A DNA stretch of 64,000 nt from the human T2T-CHM13v2.0 reference genome, Homo sapiens, in assembly GCF_009914755.1 (NCBI RefSeq), contig NC_060928.1; one strand, written 5' to 3'. The position numbers and the translations under genes are program-made. Each line of letters starts with the position of its first letter. Position 1 is the first letter of the stretch. This document shows, piece after piece, positions 44,323 to 59,906 of the stretch. Below the pieces are notes generated by a model. The model had not been told where the DNA came from. It was given only the letters and a program-made list of their open reading frames with translations, and made no database searches.

Positions 44323-45074
44323 TAGATTTCAAAAAATTCTTTGTAATACTACACACTAGTAAAGCATGTCAGAAGAGTTCTATGTATTTCACTGTGAACA
44401 CTTCTAATTTTATTTCATCAATTATTTATTTAGGGCTGATTGTCCAGGCTTTATCCTAAATATGAGAGGATAGAGATAGAGAAATAACTCCCATCTCAAG
44501 AAACTCCTGGTAGACACTGTTCTGCAAGATAGCAACGTAATTGCTTTTCTGGGAAAACAAATTAACATATGCACTATACTTAGAGAAAAGAGTGTGCTTC
44601 AAACAGCTGAAGAGAAGTGGAGAGGGAGGAGTAGAAAGAGAAAATAGCATCTACAGAGAGAGAGAGTAATAATACAATGAGAAAAATCAAATTACATTTG
44701 TTATGAGTGTGAAAGAATAATGAAAAATATTGCTAATGAAACTGGGCAAGATCATATAAAATGAGATATCTGCCAAGTTAAGGTTTTGCATTTTCTGTTT
44801 TTAAAAGCAACTATGGAAAATCATTTATTTTGGAATCTAGCAATAAGTGTACCCAAACAAAATTATTTTTCTAATGTTATTTCAAATGACTATTCATTTA
44901 AAATGTTGCCATTATAGTAAGTGAAAAGTGATGAGGCATAATATGTCTGTGATTTATTAGCTAAGATTAAATGGTTAATTAACTAACCATCACAATTTTC
45001 TGATGTTGAGGACATAGAAAGATGGAGACTAAGTGGGTACAAGGATAGTTTTATTAATTCCTGAGAAAATCTGA

Positions 45075-45300
45075 AAATTATTGAGGTGAATTTATATGTG
45101 TGAGACACTGTGTTCAATGAATTACATATATTATCTCATTCCAGACTGGCCATAACTCTATTAAGGAGATATTGTTGTTTCCATTTTACAGATGAGGAAT
45201 TTAAGCCTCAAAAATTTCACCAAGCTCTCTCAGCTAACAAGTGTAATTCTTGTCACATCCATCTGAATTTAAAGTCCGCTCATTTTTCATCACCCTATGC
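45075..45300 (-). mobile_element. MIR
   Basis: 'ccattttacagatgaggaa'. Confidence 0.7.
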
Positions 45301-45959
45301 TGTTCCTCTTGAGAAAGGGTCTTAGGTTATGTTAATTTTCATCATGTAATTGACTGATGGTTTTATCCCAGATGATGTCCTCAGTGGAGTGACTTAATGT
45401 GTCACCATTCAGGACTATTTGAAGCTTATCAGTGGAAAGAGAGTTGGTAAAGGAAATATTAACTGCAATGTTTCCTTTTACTTTTGAAAGGAAATGAATG
45501 ACAATGAGACACTACTGATTTTTCGGGTTATTTCATGCCTTTAATACTGTAATTTCCCTTTAGGTAAACAAAAATAATTAAATTTTTCTCTAAAATAACA
45601 TCTGATCATTTTAAATTTAAGATATTTTACTTGAAAGCCAAATATTATTATCACTGTGAATGTTACCTTTCATTTAAAGAGATAAGATTCAGTTTTATTA
45701 AATATTATTAATGTCACACTATGCTATTTGTAAAAATTGTATACAAATTAAGACTGTATTGAAAATACATTAATATTTTTGAGCACCCTTGTATGTCTTA
45801 GAACATCTCCAATTTTTAGGGAGAATGTTTAGGGACTGTGAAATACACTAAGATGACCTCAGAGGATTCACATCCTTGTATAATCCCTTCTTGATTACAA
45901 ATGGAATCTGTGACTTGCCGTCAAAGCAATCAGTGTTGGCCCCCTTGAGTCTATTACAT

Positions 45960-47610
45960 CACCACATTATAAATCTTCACCTCTGATTTAATCGGATGTA
46001 TTGTTTGTTTGTCTAAATATAATTTTCATAAAGGTGAAGATTTTTTGTCTGTTATGTTACAGTATGTATTTTTTACAAGTGAGCACCTAAACAATGCTCA
46101 GAATGTTGAAAATCAACACATTTTTGTTAAATGAATTATTTTTTGCATATTATTTACTTGTTCTGCTTTTTTATCTAAACTTAATAGAATTATTTACAGA
46201 ATACTCCTTAAGTGCAGGGTAATTACTGTCTTTTTCACTGCTATTTTAAACACACCTAGAGCAGTCCTTAGCATATTGTACATGAAAATTTAAAAAATTG
46301 TTCAATAAATAAATATTTCTGATAGCAATAACATTTATTATTAATATTTAATAATAATTTTATATATTACTATGTTGAAACATATAAAGTTGCCAATATT
46401 TTTACAAGAATGGCTATTTTGATGGTTATAACTATATAAAGTCCCTTTTTATCTGATTTATTTCTCACAGTGAGGAATGTATTACTATTAAAGGAAAACT
46501 ATAAACCATAAGAGCATTGATCAATGAAAGAGTAGACTGGAGAACAGTTAATCTTGGGAAATGAAACTTGGGAAATGGAGAAAGATATTGCTATCACCTT
46601 TTTCATTTTAGTCTTGAGTACAACCTGGACTCATCTTCCATCATCCTAGCCCTGAAGTGACTCTTGAATGTTTCATAAACACACATTACATATCTGATGT
46701 GGCCTTAATTATAGATACCTAAATTTACTTATATTCCTCAGTTAATGACACCCTTCATTCATACTCTTTCCTATTTCAAAGCTCTGGAATCATCTTTGAG
46801 TTCTCTCTTTCCATCATCTACACCATCAATCCTATTAGTGAGTACCTGCACCTCTATCTATATGCTTAACCACACGTAGAGATGAAAATCATCCCCTCCT
46901 TTACCACTTAGGAAAAACCACCACTATCTCTCACCTGGAGGCTTCTAGTATCTACCTAATTAATTTCCCAGTTTCTATATGGGCTCATTCACAATCCATT
47001 CAGTTGCTGAAAGTATGTTTTAAACACAAAATTAAAATCATATTGCTCCATTTTAAAACATCAGTAGATTCACATTCTTAAAATAAAACTGGAGACTTCC
47101 CTATGTCGTATGCTATGACACAGTACATAAGCTGTATTGTAAATAGCTTTTAACCTCCTCTTGTGCAAGTCTAATTCTCATGCAATTTGCTGTAACCACA
47201 TTGGCTCACTTTTTATTCTTCTAACATGCCTAGCTTGTTTTCTTGCCTCCAGTTCTTTGCATTTGCTTCAGGCCTTCAAGTGGTGACTTCCTTCTCTGTA
47301 TTCCAGTCTCAAATCTGATAGTTCTCTTCAAAAGATCTTACCACACTATTTAGTGCTGATTATTCCCACTAAGCAGGCTGTACCACTTAATTTGGCTATA
47401 TATTTTATGATATTATGACCATGTGGAATGTTATTACTTATATATGTACTTGTTTCTTGTCAAATTTTCCTGATAGATTGTCAGCTCCATGAAAAAGATT
47501 GGTTTTTGTCCTGTTAACCTTGCTGTCTCAAGCATCTTGAGCAGTACATAGCATATATAACAACACAATGAACATTTGTTAAATAAATGAATATGCTCAA
47601 TTGAATGGAT
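45960..47610 (+). mobile_element. Cluster of L2 fragments
   Basis: Several L2 3' ends ('tttttgttaaatgaat', 'gattgtcagctccatga...catttgttaaataaatgaa') and L2 body 'ctggaatcatctttgagttctctcttt'. Confidence 0.6.
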
Positions 47611-47622
47611 TTAAAGTACCTT

Positions 47623-47922
47623 TTTTATTTATTTATTTTTGACACGAAGTTTCACTCTTGTTGCCCAGTCTAGAGTGCAATGGCATGACCTCAGCTCCCG
47701 CAACCTCTGCCTCCCAGGTTCAAGCGATTCTCCTACCTCAGCCTCCTGAGTAGCTGGGATTACAGGCGCACACCACCACACCCAGCTAATTTTTTGTATT
47801 TTTAGTAGAGACGGGGTTTCACCATGTTGGCCAGGCCAGTCTTGAACTCCTGACCTCAGGTGATCCATCTGCCTCAGCCTCCCAAAGTGCTGGGATTACA
47901 GGCATAAGCCACTGCGCTGGGC
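47623..47922 (-). mobile_element. AluSq/Sp-like
   Basis: 'tttcactcttgttgcccag', 'gtgcaatggc'; TSD ttaaagtacctt at 47611-47622 and 47923-47934. Confidence 0.95.
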
Positions 47923-48531
47923 TTAAAGTACCTTCTTTAAAATGCAATCGGATGTTACTATCTGCTTAAAATCTTACAGTGGTTCCCCATTACTGGTAGA
48001 AATATTCTTTAATTTGTGTTATTCTGCCTCTCATGATTGGTCTCGCACCTACCACTCATCCAAAACTCTAGCCTTATTAATCCATGTGCAGTTTCCTTAA
48101 TACAAGTCCAGTTGAATATCCTTGTATGCAGTTCCATTGAAGAGAGACTGATTAAGAGCAACAGAAAATTTCCCGGGTACTCAGTCTGTAGAGAACAAAA
48201 CTGGAGAAATTTACAAAACATTCAGTTGTGGCTGACTTTTCTAACTTACTCCTATTAAATATTTTTCATTACCCCACCTCCTTTTTTCTTTTGCTTTCTC
48301 CTCTACGAAATTTTCTTGTATTCCCTGATAAAATATATTAGATATTTGTTTCTTTTTATCAAGAATTTTTGGTTGTTGCAAATAAGTTGAAATGAAACCT
48401 TGAAACAACATTGTCCAAATTAAACTCAACCTAGTATTCAAAGGAGAACACAACACAACCAAAATTAATCAAAGGTAATTAAATCTCTATTTTGTTCTTT
48501 AAACAAATACCAGAGAGAGAGAGAGAGATGA

Positions 48532-48873
<342 letters not shown>

Positions 48874-48948
48874 TGATACCTGCTTTAATATCCTTCACGC
48901 TATTGACAGCTAACCTCTGAAATCAACTTATTTTGTCTTAATTATGCA

Positions 48949-49081
48949 GGCTTAAAACCTAGATGGCAAGTTGATAGGTGCAGCAAACCACCATGGCACA
49001 TGTATACCTATGTAACGAAACTACGTGTTCTGTACTTGTATCCCGGAACTTAAAATAAAATAAAAAATAAAAATAAAAAAA
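48949..49081 (+). mobile_element. L1PA 3' tip with A-rich tail
   Basis: 'gataggtgcagcaaaccaccatggcacatgtatacctatgtaac...gaacttaaaataaaa'. Confidence 0.9.
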
Positions 49082-51175
49082 TAGCAATCACATGGAAAGT
49101 ACTTACTGTGTGCCATTCACTGTTGTATTCTCACCTCTTTACATATATTAATTATTAATCTTTGTAATGTTATGGAATAATTCTTTTATAATTTTTAAAA
49201 ACAAATGTAAAAATTCATCTACTTTTTTTTCTTTAGTTTTGGATTGTTGTCGTATGGGATAAAACCAAATTACAATAAGTAGCTCATTACTTTAAAGAGT
49301 TAAAAATTTTAGCTGGAAACATTATAAAGGCAGACATACTTATGTATTCATGCTCTCACCATCTTAATTTATAGTCAAATATTAGATCCTATGGTACAGA
49401 TATAAAGAAAGATGTTTGTTTGGCATGGTATGCCTAGGTGAGAATTTCCATAAATTGGAGCAGTGCCAGACATGAAGTTCCTTACAGCAACAGGTGATAA
49501 ATCCTATTCAGCAATGGGAGAAGAAACTTGAGGTTGGCAGACAGGGTCCTTTCTAGTTTCTGGTATGAACTTCTCTATTTACCTTAATTTTCTAAGGACA
49601 CTTTTTGCAAGTTTCTTGTATTGTAACTCCCAGAGATTGCTTAGATACAAAAATTGGCTTTAATTACTTCAATATATGAAGTCTCATGTATCCAAGGCAA
49701 CAGTATATGGCAGGTAGGACATTCTCTGGCCTTTAGAAGATGGTTAGAGATGGGAAATGTGAAGGATCAAGCTAGATAGAATAACAGGACTAGTTTAAAC
49801 ATCAATAAAGGCATATGAAGTATCAGTAACATATTAAATCTTACTAGAGAAGTCTTTGTTGGAAACAGTATAAATTTGTATATGGCTATACTATCCATAT
49901 CATTCATTTAAGTGTGTGTATTAAAACACATTTTTTGAAATATACTGGAGTAAAAAGATGCATATTTAAAAATGAAGGTATACTTTAAAAATATTAAACC
50001 TACTTTGATAACCTCAAGGTTCTCCTTTAAGGATCCTCAAATTTCATGTTAGCAAAAACGATTAACTGTTGTGGAAATTATTCATTAAAATCAAGTATAG
50101 ACATGTTCACATTGAAGTCATATGTTTTCCTTAAATATATGAATATTAAGGCCTGTTAAAATCTAATCATATGTCCACACAAAAAAATCGTTCAAGTCTC
50201 TTTATCATATGTTGACAGCAATTTATAAAATTAATGCAAATATTTTTAGCAAGCAATTTTTTCTCTTTTTCTTCCTCGTGGAAGAATAATTACTAGTAAA
50301 GTTAAATGTTAGTGCAGGAATTAAAATAATCAAATTTTACGTTGTTCCTGTTTAGAATCTACACAGTCTGACTCAGTGAGTAAAAGAGATACTGATACAA
50401 ATGTGAGTGGACTTACATTGACTTAAATATTAAATATAAGAAAGTCCAGATTCTGTAAAGACCTATGTGGAATAAAGATATTCTGGAGTTTAAATAGTAA
50501 TATTGAATACATGCTAGTGTAGAAAATAATTATAATAAATATATAACAAATATATTGAGTATTTTGTATTGTTATAGTTGAATGCTATGTGTATAGATCC
50601 CACAATACCTAATTCAATAAAAACTGCTATAGGAATAAAAAGCATAAGCGTGATGTAATTAATTACTATTTTCAATTAGGTATATCTCAGACAATACATT
50701 TAGTTCAATGAAAGTAATCTTTTACATTGGATTTTTTTTTTTATTTCTTAGGACTTATTGACTGCCATCTATATTGTTTAAAACATAGAGCTTCATGGCA
50801 TCTATTATTTAAAAAATGAATTTTAGTTGAAGGAAACTTTCAATTATGAATCAGTAAAATATGTATTATGACAGGATTATAGTCCACTCTGTTTATGAAT
50901 GTGTTTCATACTTGAAAAACACTCAAACAGCACTTAGGTAGATTTAATTGCTTAATCAATACATTTTACCATAAAGATTATTACATTGTTTTATTGTGAT
51001 CTACAGTGAGATCATGCTTGTAAGGAATCAGATTTAATGTTTTTAAATATATAATACTTTCTAAAAATTGCAAAAATCAGTTTGTTATTTAATTTTTTCT
51101 CACATAAACTTTAATATTAGAAACTTGAATCTAGTATTAGAAAATTGCACTATGAATATTTATTGTGTAAGCATG

Positions 51176-52000
51176 TGTGATACAGTAAGAAATACATATT
51201 TGGTCTTTGTCCCTTGTTCCTGAGACAGAGCTTCTAAAGATTCTTGGAATTTCCTGAGTGATAGTATCATCTTTATTATTTAGACGTCCCTAAGAACCAT
51301 GTCTGAGTTGATTCTAATAAAGTTATGCCTGGGGGCCCCTGGATAGCTTCAGGATGGGGACTGGTTGCCAGAAAGATCAAGGCATGATTAGAGAGCTGGA
51401 ACTTTCAACCCCACTCCTCCACCTCTGGGGAGGGGAAAGGAGCTGGAAATTAAATCAATTGCCAATGGACAATGATTAAATCAATAATGTCTATATGATT
51501 AAGGCTTCATGAAAACGCCTAAACAATGACATTCAGAGGGCTTCTGGTTGGTGAACAGAGCAAGACGCTGTCAGGGTGAAACATGTGGAGAGGGTGTGAA
51601 ACACTCTCTCCCCAGTATTTTGCCCTGTGCCTTTCTTCCATTTGGCTGTTCCTGAGTTATATCCTTTATAATTTACTGGTAATACTAACTAAAAAACTTC
51701 CCTAAGTTGTGAGGATTGTCCCAGCAAATGACCAAAACTTGAGGAAGGAGTTGTTGAAGCCCCTAATGCATAGCCAGTCAGAACTACAGGAGGCCCAAGA
51801 CTTGGGATTGGAGTCTGAAGTAGGGGGCAGTCTTGTGGGACTTAGCCTCTAACCTGTGGGGATTGTACTAACTCCAAGTGGTTAGTGACAGAATTGAATT
51901 GAATTGTAGTACACCCAGTTGGTGTCCAAATAGTTAGAGAACTGGTTGCTGTGAGAAAAAAATCTCACGTTTAATAACCGATGTGTTGTTAGTAAAAACA
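51176..52000 (+). mobile_element. MER21 (B/C) LTR
   Basis: 'tgtgatacagtaagaaatacatatttggtctttgtccc', 'cttcaggatggggactggttgccaga', 'gaattgaattgaattgtag'. Confidence 0.88.
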
Positions 52001-52499
52001 CTTTGTAACATCTCACACTCTATTTATGGAAATATTGTACATGAAGAAGTAAATGTGGAGAACTATTCCTGCAATTTAAGATAGTCCAAATGGAACAGGA
52101 GGCCCTGGGTCAAGAAATCATCAAAAAATCATATATTTTGAATATGTCTCAGACGGCAAACTATTTAGTAAAAAAAAAATTTCTTCTACATTGTTAGGAG
52201 AAATGTTTCATTTGTCTAGTCTCACCCTTTAAAAAATGTCAAGGTATACAAGCACTTTTAGTGTGCTTACTGAGTATAGATACAATAAATGCAAAATTAC
52301 AAAAATCATTATATCTTTTCCTTGCCAAGATAAATGGTTTCATACTGAGGTCAATATACAACTGTACATTTTGAGGTTTAGACTAACCATTCTTAAAGCC
52401 CTTGAGAAAGGTAATCTTTTTTTTTGAATATTGAAGAGAGTTACTGTGTTAATTATTTCAAAAAGATTACAAATAGGAAAAATGTCATTTTCACATTTT

Positions 52500-52945
52500 T
52501 CTCTATTATTTATTAGATATTGGCAAATTATAATTGTATATGTTTATGGGATACAAAGTGATGCTGTGATATATATATATATATATATACACATATATAT
52601 ATACATATATATATACACACATATATATACACACACACTCAATATGGAATAATTGAATAAAGGTAATTAACATATCCATTAACACAAATGTTTACCATTT
52701 ATTTTTCTGGTATAACTGAAACACTGTACTCTTTGACCAACATCTCATTCCCCCCAACTCCTCAGCCTCTGCTAATCATTCTGTTCACTGCTTCTGAGTG
52801 ATTATTTTGGATTTCACATATAACTGAGACCATGCAGTATTTGTTGTTTTGTGCCTGGCTTATTTCTCTTGGTATAATGTCCTCCGAGTTCATCCATGTT
52901 TTCGTTACATGATTTCCCTCTTCTTAAAGGCTGAATAGTATGCAT
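52500..52945 (-). mobile_element. L1MA 3' end containing a (TA)/(CA) microsatellite
   Basis: 'aattgtatatgtttatgggatacaaagtgatg', 'gtgcctggcttatttc'. Confidence 0.8.
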
Positions 52946-53129
52946 TAGAAGAACACTGATCTTTCATAGCTTAACTCATTTGTATTGTAATTTGAGAAAT
53001 AAGACCCCTATGTAAGCAATTCTAAAAAATAATTAGCCTATGAATGCTATTGATATGATCATTTGATTATTACTACAAGAAGTTTTAGGGAAATAAAACA
53101 AAATGTATACAATAAAACCAGAGAATGTC

Positions 53130-54390
53130 AACCATACTTGTCCAAAAGCTCAAGAAAGATTTCTTGAGTTTATGATTAAAGCAGTATTTCAATTCCACAG
53201 GAAAAGGATCAACTTTTAAATAAATATCTGGAAAACTAGCTATTTATTTGAGAAAAAGTTTAATTCCCTCCCACAAGCCATATACAAAATTAAATTTTAG
53301 AAGAATTAGAGGGAAAAATATAATAACCTGAACTATAAAAGTACTAGTAAAAAAATGCAAATATCTTAAACAATTTGGGGTGAAAAAAGCTTTCTTAAGC
53401 AAGATACAAAGTCAGAATTCATAAAGAAAAAAATGGTAGAGATGACAATCATTATGATCATCAACAATGATGTAAACAATGCTAATAGACAAAAGACAGG
53501 CTGGGGACAATATTTGCATTTTCTATTATTAACAAAAAGTAAGTATACATGATACAAATGTCTGTTATAATGCTATATATGCAAAAATAGAATTAACCCA
53601 GTATCAAGATGTTTAAACATGATGTGAATGTGCAATTCTAAAAAGAAAGCCCATAAATTTCAATAAAAATATAAAACAATCCACAATCTCTATATAATCA
53701 ATCAACAATGAAAACAGCCAAGACATAGCACCCCAACCTTCAAATATGAGAGAAAAAAAGACTGATACTGTTCATTGCTGCCAAGAACTGGGGAAGAATT
53801 CCAACAAGACACTCTACTGCATTGTTGGAGCAAATGTGAAATTCGACTAGCTTTTTAGGAAGTTGTACCTTCCTTTTGCCTCAGCAATTCTACTTCTAAA
53901 ATTCATCCAACAGAAATATACACATACACAGAGAAGTGTGTACAAGGATGTTTACTGTGCCATTGTTTATAATAAAGGAGAAAGAAACCTAAAAATCAAA
54001 ACTCTAAAAATTCAATGAGAAAAACAGTTAAAAATGTATGGCTTACTCATGCTATAGAATATCATGCTACTGTTGAAAAGAATCAAACCTTTATGAGGAC
54101 ATAGAAAAATACTTCAGGTCTGTTTTTAATTGAAAGAACAATGTGTTGATCAATATGCATAGTATGATCTTGTTAATATACAATAGAATTTGTGCATGTA
54201 TACAAAAGTGGATTTTATGCAGGTAAAAAGGATTGAATGTATACATAAACTTTTATCTCTGAGTTTGGAGTGTAATTGGTGGCAAGGGAGGGTGCTGGTG
54301 GAAGAAGAATTCATATGCTAATATGTTCTTTATTCAATAATTTTTTCAAGATGTATACTAATATATATCACTTATAAGAGAAAAATGAAA
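53130..54390 (+). mobile_element. Ancient L1ME-type 3' region
   Basis: 'cagcaattctacttct', 'tgtacaaggatgtttactg'. Confidence 0.65.
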
Positions 54391-57300
54391 AGCTTCTTCC
54401 CCAAAATAGATTTTATATTTCTTTTATTATTTTAATAAAAGATTCTAATATTTTATCAGTAAATTCTTCCAATGTACTTTTTTTGTCTTCAATTGTATAA
54501 CAGATACTGTGTTAAAATTTCCAAAAACCTTTATATGTATTCCTTTAGGATATAAATGCCTTGGTATCCAATTTCCTGAAAAAAAAATAGCTCAATTATT
54601 TATGTGAGTGACTCTATGAGTGATCTAGGTCAGTAAATTAAATAACTTCCATGTCACATTTAATGATTTATTGCATCACTGTTTATAACTAGGTAATAGA
54701 AAATGTGATGCTACTTTGGAATTCACTGGCTATGCAAATTTGTAATTCACTTAATGTTTCCCTCCAACAAATATCCTCAGTCATCGACATGAGGGACAAA
54801 TGCTTCTCTATCACATGATTTTATTTTCTTCCAGTTTATTTCTCATAATGCTTTATCACGAACATGCTACCTAGTTGGAGCAACATGGTTGACATTTCTT
54901 TGCTAATAGCCCAGTTTGCACCAGACATTTGTGTGAGTGGAATATCAGAAGGACTCACAAAATAATATGCAATGATAGTTGATATCAAGACTGCAAAAAT
55001 GAACTGAAACTAAAAATATAGATAGTCATGCTAAATAAAGATTTTTTTGTTAGTATATAGCGCCACCCAGTGTTAAAGAATTCTCCATGGAGCACTCTGC
55101 ACAGTAGGCTATTGTACCAAGGTAAAAAGGGACACAAAAAGGGACTCTGTGAGCTCCATATTAATATGTTCATTTGAAGTTTGTTTAGAGATACTGCACA
55201 TGTTAGCTTATTAGAAAACATTACATTGAAATCAAACCACAATAAAAACAAACAGGAAATGATCACTCCAATCTTCATTTACTGGTAATTCTTCTCTTTT
55301 CGTATCTTAGTTGTTTGGAAAAAAAAATCTGGAAAAATTGTTACAATTTTACTAATTCACCATGTATTGCATGATACTTTAAGACATTTTAAAGAGATAA
55401 TTTCAGAGGCCATTGTAGATTTAGATGTAATTTATGTTTCTGCATCTCTAAAATGATGTTTTCTTTTGAATTAAATTACAGACGAAAATGAGAAATGGTT
55501 TATAGAGAGAAGCAAAGGAATTTTTGGTTTTCTATAGTGACTGTTACCATAGGGTTGTGGTGCTTTAGAGAGATACTATATAGCAATGAAGCAATTCAAT
55601 TAAAGCATAAATATTTATATTAAGGAAAATCTAGAAAATAAAAAATAAAAAAATATATTCTTCCATTACCTCTTTGCTCAAGTGATAAAGAGAATGTAAA
55701 ATCTTCTTTTCCTCTCTAAGTCTTCAGAACTTATATAGATTTGATTTAAAAAATCACTAAATCTTCTAAGGTAATAAGCTACTCAGTTTATTTCTCATTT
55801 TATTAAGACTCTTTGCTCCCTCCTTACTGTACTACTTTTTAAGCTTTGACTTCCTTGATGCCTGAAATGTATACCTCTTCTACAGATCAATGTTTTCCTT
55901 TATCATGGCCCACAATCACATGAAACTTGGAATTTCTGTGACCCAATAATAATTTTTCTCATTAAAATGGATCTCTTTCCAGGTTCTGTCACTGTTACTA
56001 ACATTGTATTGGTTTCTTGTGTTTGAAGTATTTTAGTCAGCAGTTAGCAAATTTCACGTGTTGTTACTGTTCTTGCTCTTTTTATTATTGTTGTGTTTAA
56101 CTCCTTGTTCTTTTCTTTCACAGGTTCTGTCCCATGGTATGATAACTCCTTTTTGTTTTGTTTCTTGGTTTGCTCCTTCCATTCCCAAGCCATCACTATC
56201 ATTTAGGCCCTAGTTATTTCATATTGCCATTACAATTTTCTCCTATCCAATCTCTCTGTTGCTCACATCTCCTTCTTTGGATCCAATCTGCAACAACAAA
56301 ATATTGAAAGCTTTTCTCATTGTCCTTTCCAAACAGCCTGCCAACTCCTTAAAAGAATTATGCCTTTCAATGTATACCCCTAAGTCAGCATTTGACGCTG
56401 TGCCTACTTAGATGACCTATGTGATGTTGATCATCGAGTAGCTAACAGTAATGCAGGGAAAACTACTAGCTGATCATGAGAAAATGTGATAGCATTAGGT
56501 AGGCAGATTCATGGTACATAGATTTTTTTTTTTGCCATTGGAGATCACTCTTTAGATTCAAGTGCATGTTTGTAGTGACATTTTCCACTACAGTTGTTTT
56601 ATAAAGTTCACCTATCCAGAGCAGAGCAGAAATGCAGTCTCCAACAGATATAAATAGACTTCCAGGAATCTGGCTAGAAAGGAAGAGGGAGCAGTATCGT
56701 ACAGCCATTTCAAAGCTTAAGAAGAAAAATAATGACTATCTGTGATGAATGACGAACGACTCAATGTAAGACATATGGCAAGACAACCAGGGATGCACAA
56801 GAGGATCAGAAATGTACAAAATTGACACTAGTCAGATTCCAAAGCAGACTCTCAGTTCAACTAGTTAAAAACTATTCCCTGTTTTTGGTAATGAAACAGG
56901 AAATGGAGGTTGCTCTTAGAACACATTTTATTGTTATTATTCATTTTATAGCTTTTTATACCAGGAACTTTACCTCTTTCAGTAAGTGTGTGTAAACTGT
57001 TTCCTTTTCAATGAACCTTTTTATTGTCCGTTTACATTCCCTGACTAAGAATCCTTTAGGGCATATGGATATCTGGAAACAATGATTGTTGCCTGATATT
57101 TGAAGTCAAGGCTTTGAGGTTTAAATGGGAAGGTGGGGGAAGGTAGGCATTAGTGAGTTCTTAGGGAATTTCTGGTCAAAATGATAAATTCATACTTTAC
57201 TTCCTTTTTTTTCCCAAACATGACAAAACTAAATTTTTTAAAAATTATTCATTTGTGTAAGTTACTTCTTATACCATGATACCATGAATATGCTGATCTG

Positions 57301-57981
57301 AAGGATTCTAAGTAAGCCAGAGACATCATGACATTTCATCTTCTGTGGGGTAGACATATTGAATGGCAAATCACTGGAACAGAGGACAAGAACTAGCCAC
57401 TCTGCATAAAAATGAAGGCTGAATTAAGACCCCCTATCTCTGGAAGAAAGGAGACTATAAAAGCTTAAACCATTTCCAGGAGTTATTGTCTTTTTTTTTT
57501 TTTTTTAGCAGCACAGTTAAGACCCTGTCTGGGATGAACTGTATGTTACCTCAATGACTAGATCTAGAATACCCTGGAACATTACAGTATGAGAGCCAAT
57601 ATAATTCCTGATTCCAGATGGGATCTCGGCAGCCAGTTGGAGGAAAAAGCAAAACTGCTGGACAAAGAAGGAAGGGAAGTAGCGGGGGAAAAAGGGGGGG
57701 AGAGAAAGAGAGATTTCTCACCTGAGATCAGCAAAATCAACAGTTGAAACATAGGAGCAAGTCAATGAAATGCACATGTTACAGTAAGTTTGAATTGATT
57801 TTACAAGAGGTTTAAGATTCTAAAAGAGAAATGGGAAAGAATTCTTAGAAACAATGAGAATTATAAAACAAAGACAAAGTCATATAGAACTGATAGATAT
57901 CAAAATCAAATTACAGATCTTGGATATTAAAATATGGTATAAAAATAAAACTCTCTAAGGCACCATAATAACTAGACATCA

Positions 57982-58423
57982 TGTTGGGATTCAGAAAACG
58001 AAACCCCAAATATGATGCCTTAGTGTGTTGAGCATTTTGAATTAAAAATAATTAAAAGGCTCAGAAGCCTTTTCTCTCATCCTCCTGTTCCCTGCCTGTC
58101 TTCCTTCCCTGAAGTGAATAATAATAACCAGAATTCCGCTTCTACAAGACAGGTCACAGAAACTAGAACTCCTCTCTGCCAAAGAAAACCACGGATCCTA
58201 GAAAAACTATTCTTCTCCCTTGAAGACCTTCACTGCAAAGGGGTCTTGCCCTATACCTGGGAGGTAGAAATGCTACATAGAGAGGTCAAAAAGAACCCGA
58301 ACAGATAGGGCTTGCTGGGTTCTCCAATCAGTCTCTTATAATTAAATCATACCCTCTGTCCAATCACATTTCTACATGACTGCCCATTCTTCATTGAACT
58401 TGAGCATAAAAATAGATAGTCTT
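57982..58423 (+). mobile_element. MER34/MER39-group LTR, 3'-truncated
   Basis: 'tgttgggattcagaaaacgaaaccccaaatatg', 'cttgccctatacctgggagg'; stops at the AluY. Confidence 0.8.
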
Positions 58424-58829
<406 letters not shown>

Positions 58830-59202
58830 CTATATGCAAAGGACTGAGAAAAAACATACAGAAACATACGTACAGGTGCACATGATTTTAAATCTTACAA
58901 TGGTTGTGTCACCTGTTAGTCTTACTAATATTTTACTCAGCTTGCTTTAAATATAAGAAAACACAAATAAAGACGATAACATTACAAAATATGAATTCTT
59001 ATATATAAGTAACATATATATTTGGAAAATATAAAACTGTCCTGAAATCCAGTTATTCAGTTACTGAATCTACATGCTATTTATGGTTTAGATATTTCCA
59101 TAACCTTAAATTGTACATTTAGAACCAGTTTTCTAACTTACTTTCTGCAATTAAAAAATTAATGATCTATTTAAATTATAGTTACATAGATAAAACAGTA
59201 AT

Positions 59203-59480
59203 TCGGTTCTGGTTATTTGTTGCTGCATAAAAACACTTGAAACTAAGTGGCTTAAAATAATTTATTTTTGCTTACAATTTAAAGAGGATGAATTTGCAGG
59301 GTGGTAATTGAGTGATGTGTATCTGAACGTGTTGTCATTTGGGGCTACTGAAGCTGGAAGATCTGCTTTCAATATAGTCTTTTACTAATGTGTCAGGTGC
59401 CCTGGGGCTCCTTAGACTTTTTCTTTCTCTACAAAGTTTCATCCTCCAGGACCTCTGTAAATTCTTTTATTTCTTAATAG
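59203..59480 (-). mobile_element. Old MLT1 LTR fragment
   Basis: 'ttgctgcataaaaacac...aagtggcttaaaataatttattt'. Confidence 0.6.
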
Positions 59481-59906
59481 CTTCACAAAACACTTGACAT
59501 TTTCAACTTCCTATCTGAATATCTCCTTCTCTAGGTCTATCGATTTGCTAAAAACAATTTTCTATTTTCCATGTTACCACAGGTACCAGCTTCACTAGAC
59601 TTTGCAATAATGCTGAAGATGGCCATCTTTCTCTAGTCTGAATACAATTTCCTGACTTTCTTTCTAGTCTCCCCAATAGTTTCCTATGTCCCTTCCAGGT
59701 TCCTCTCACTGGCTTATTATGGTAACATCTTTCTTCCAGTTAAAATGTACCATATGGATAATTAATAACAAAACACTCTGAAACGTAAGGATTTAAAATT
59801 ATTTTATTTTTCCTAAATAATTATGAGTTAGAGATTCAGAAAGAGTTCATCTGACTTATTTATGTCTGAATTTGTGAAACTGGCTTCAGAGGACTGGAAA
59901 ATGAGG

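Noticed and set aside
56428-56476. Imperfect 15-bp inverted repeat (tgatcatcgagtagc ... actactagctgatca)
   Set aside because: Only 12/15 paired; too short and weak to call a miRNA hairpin or MITE
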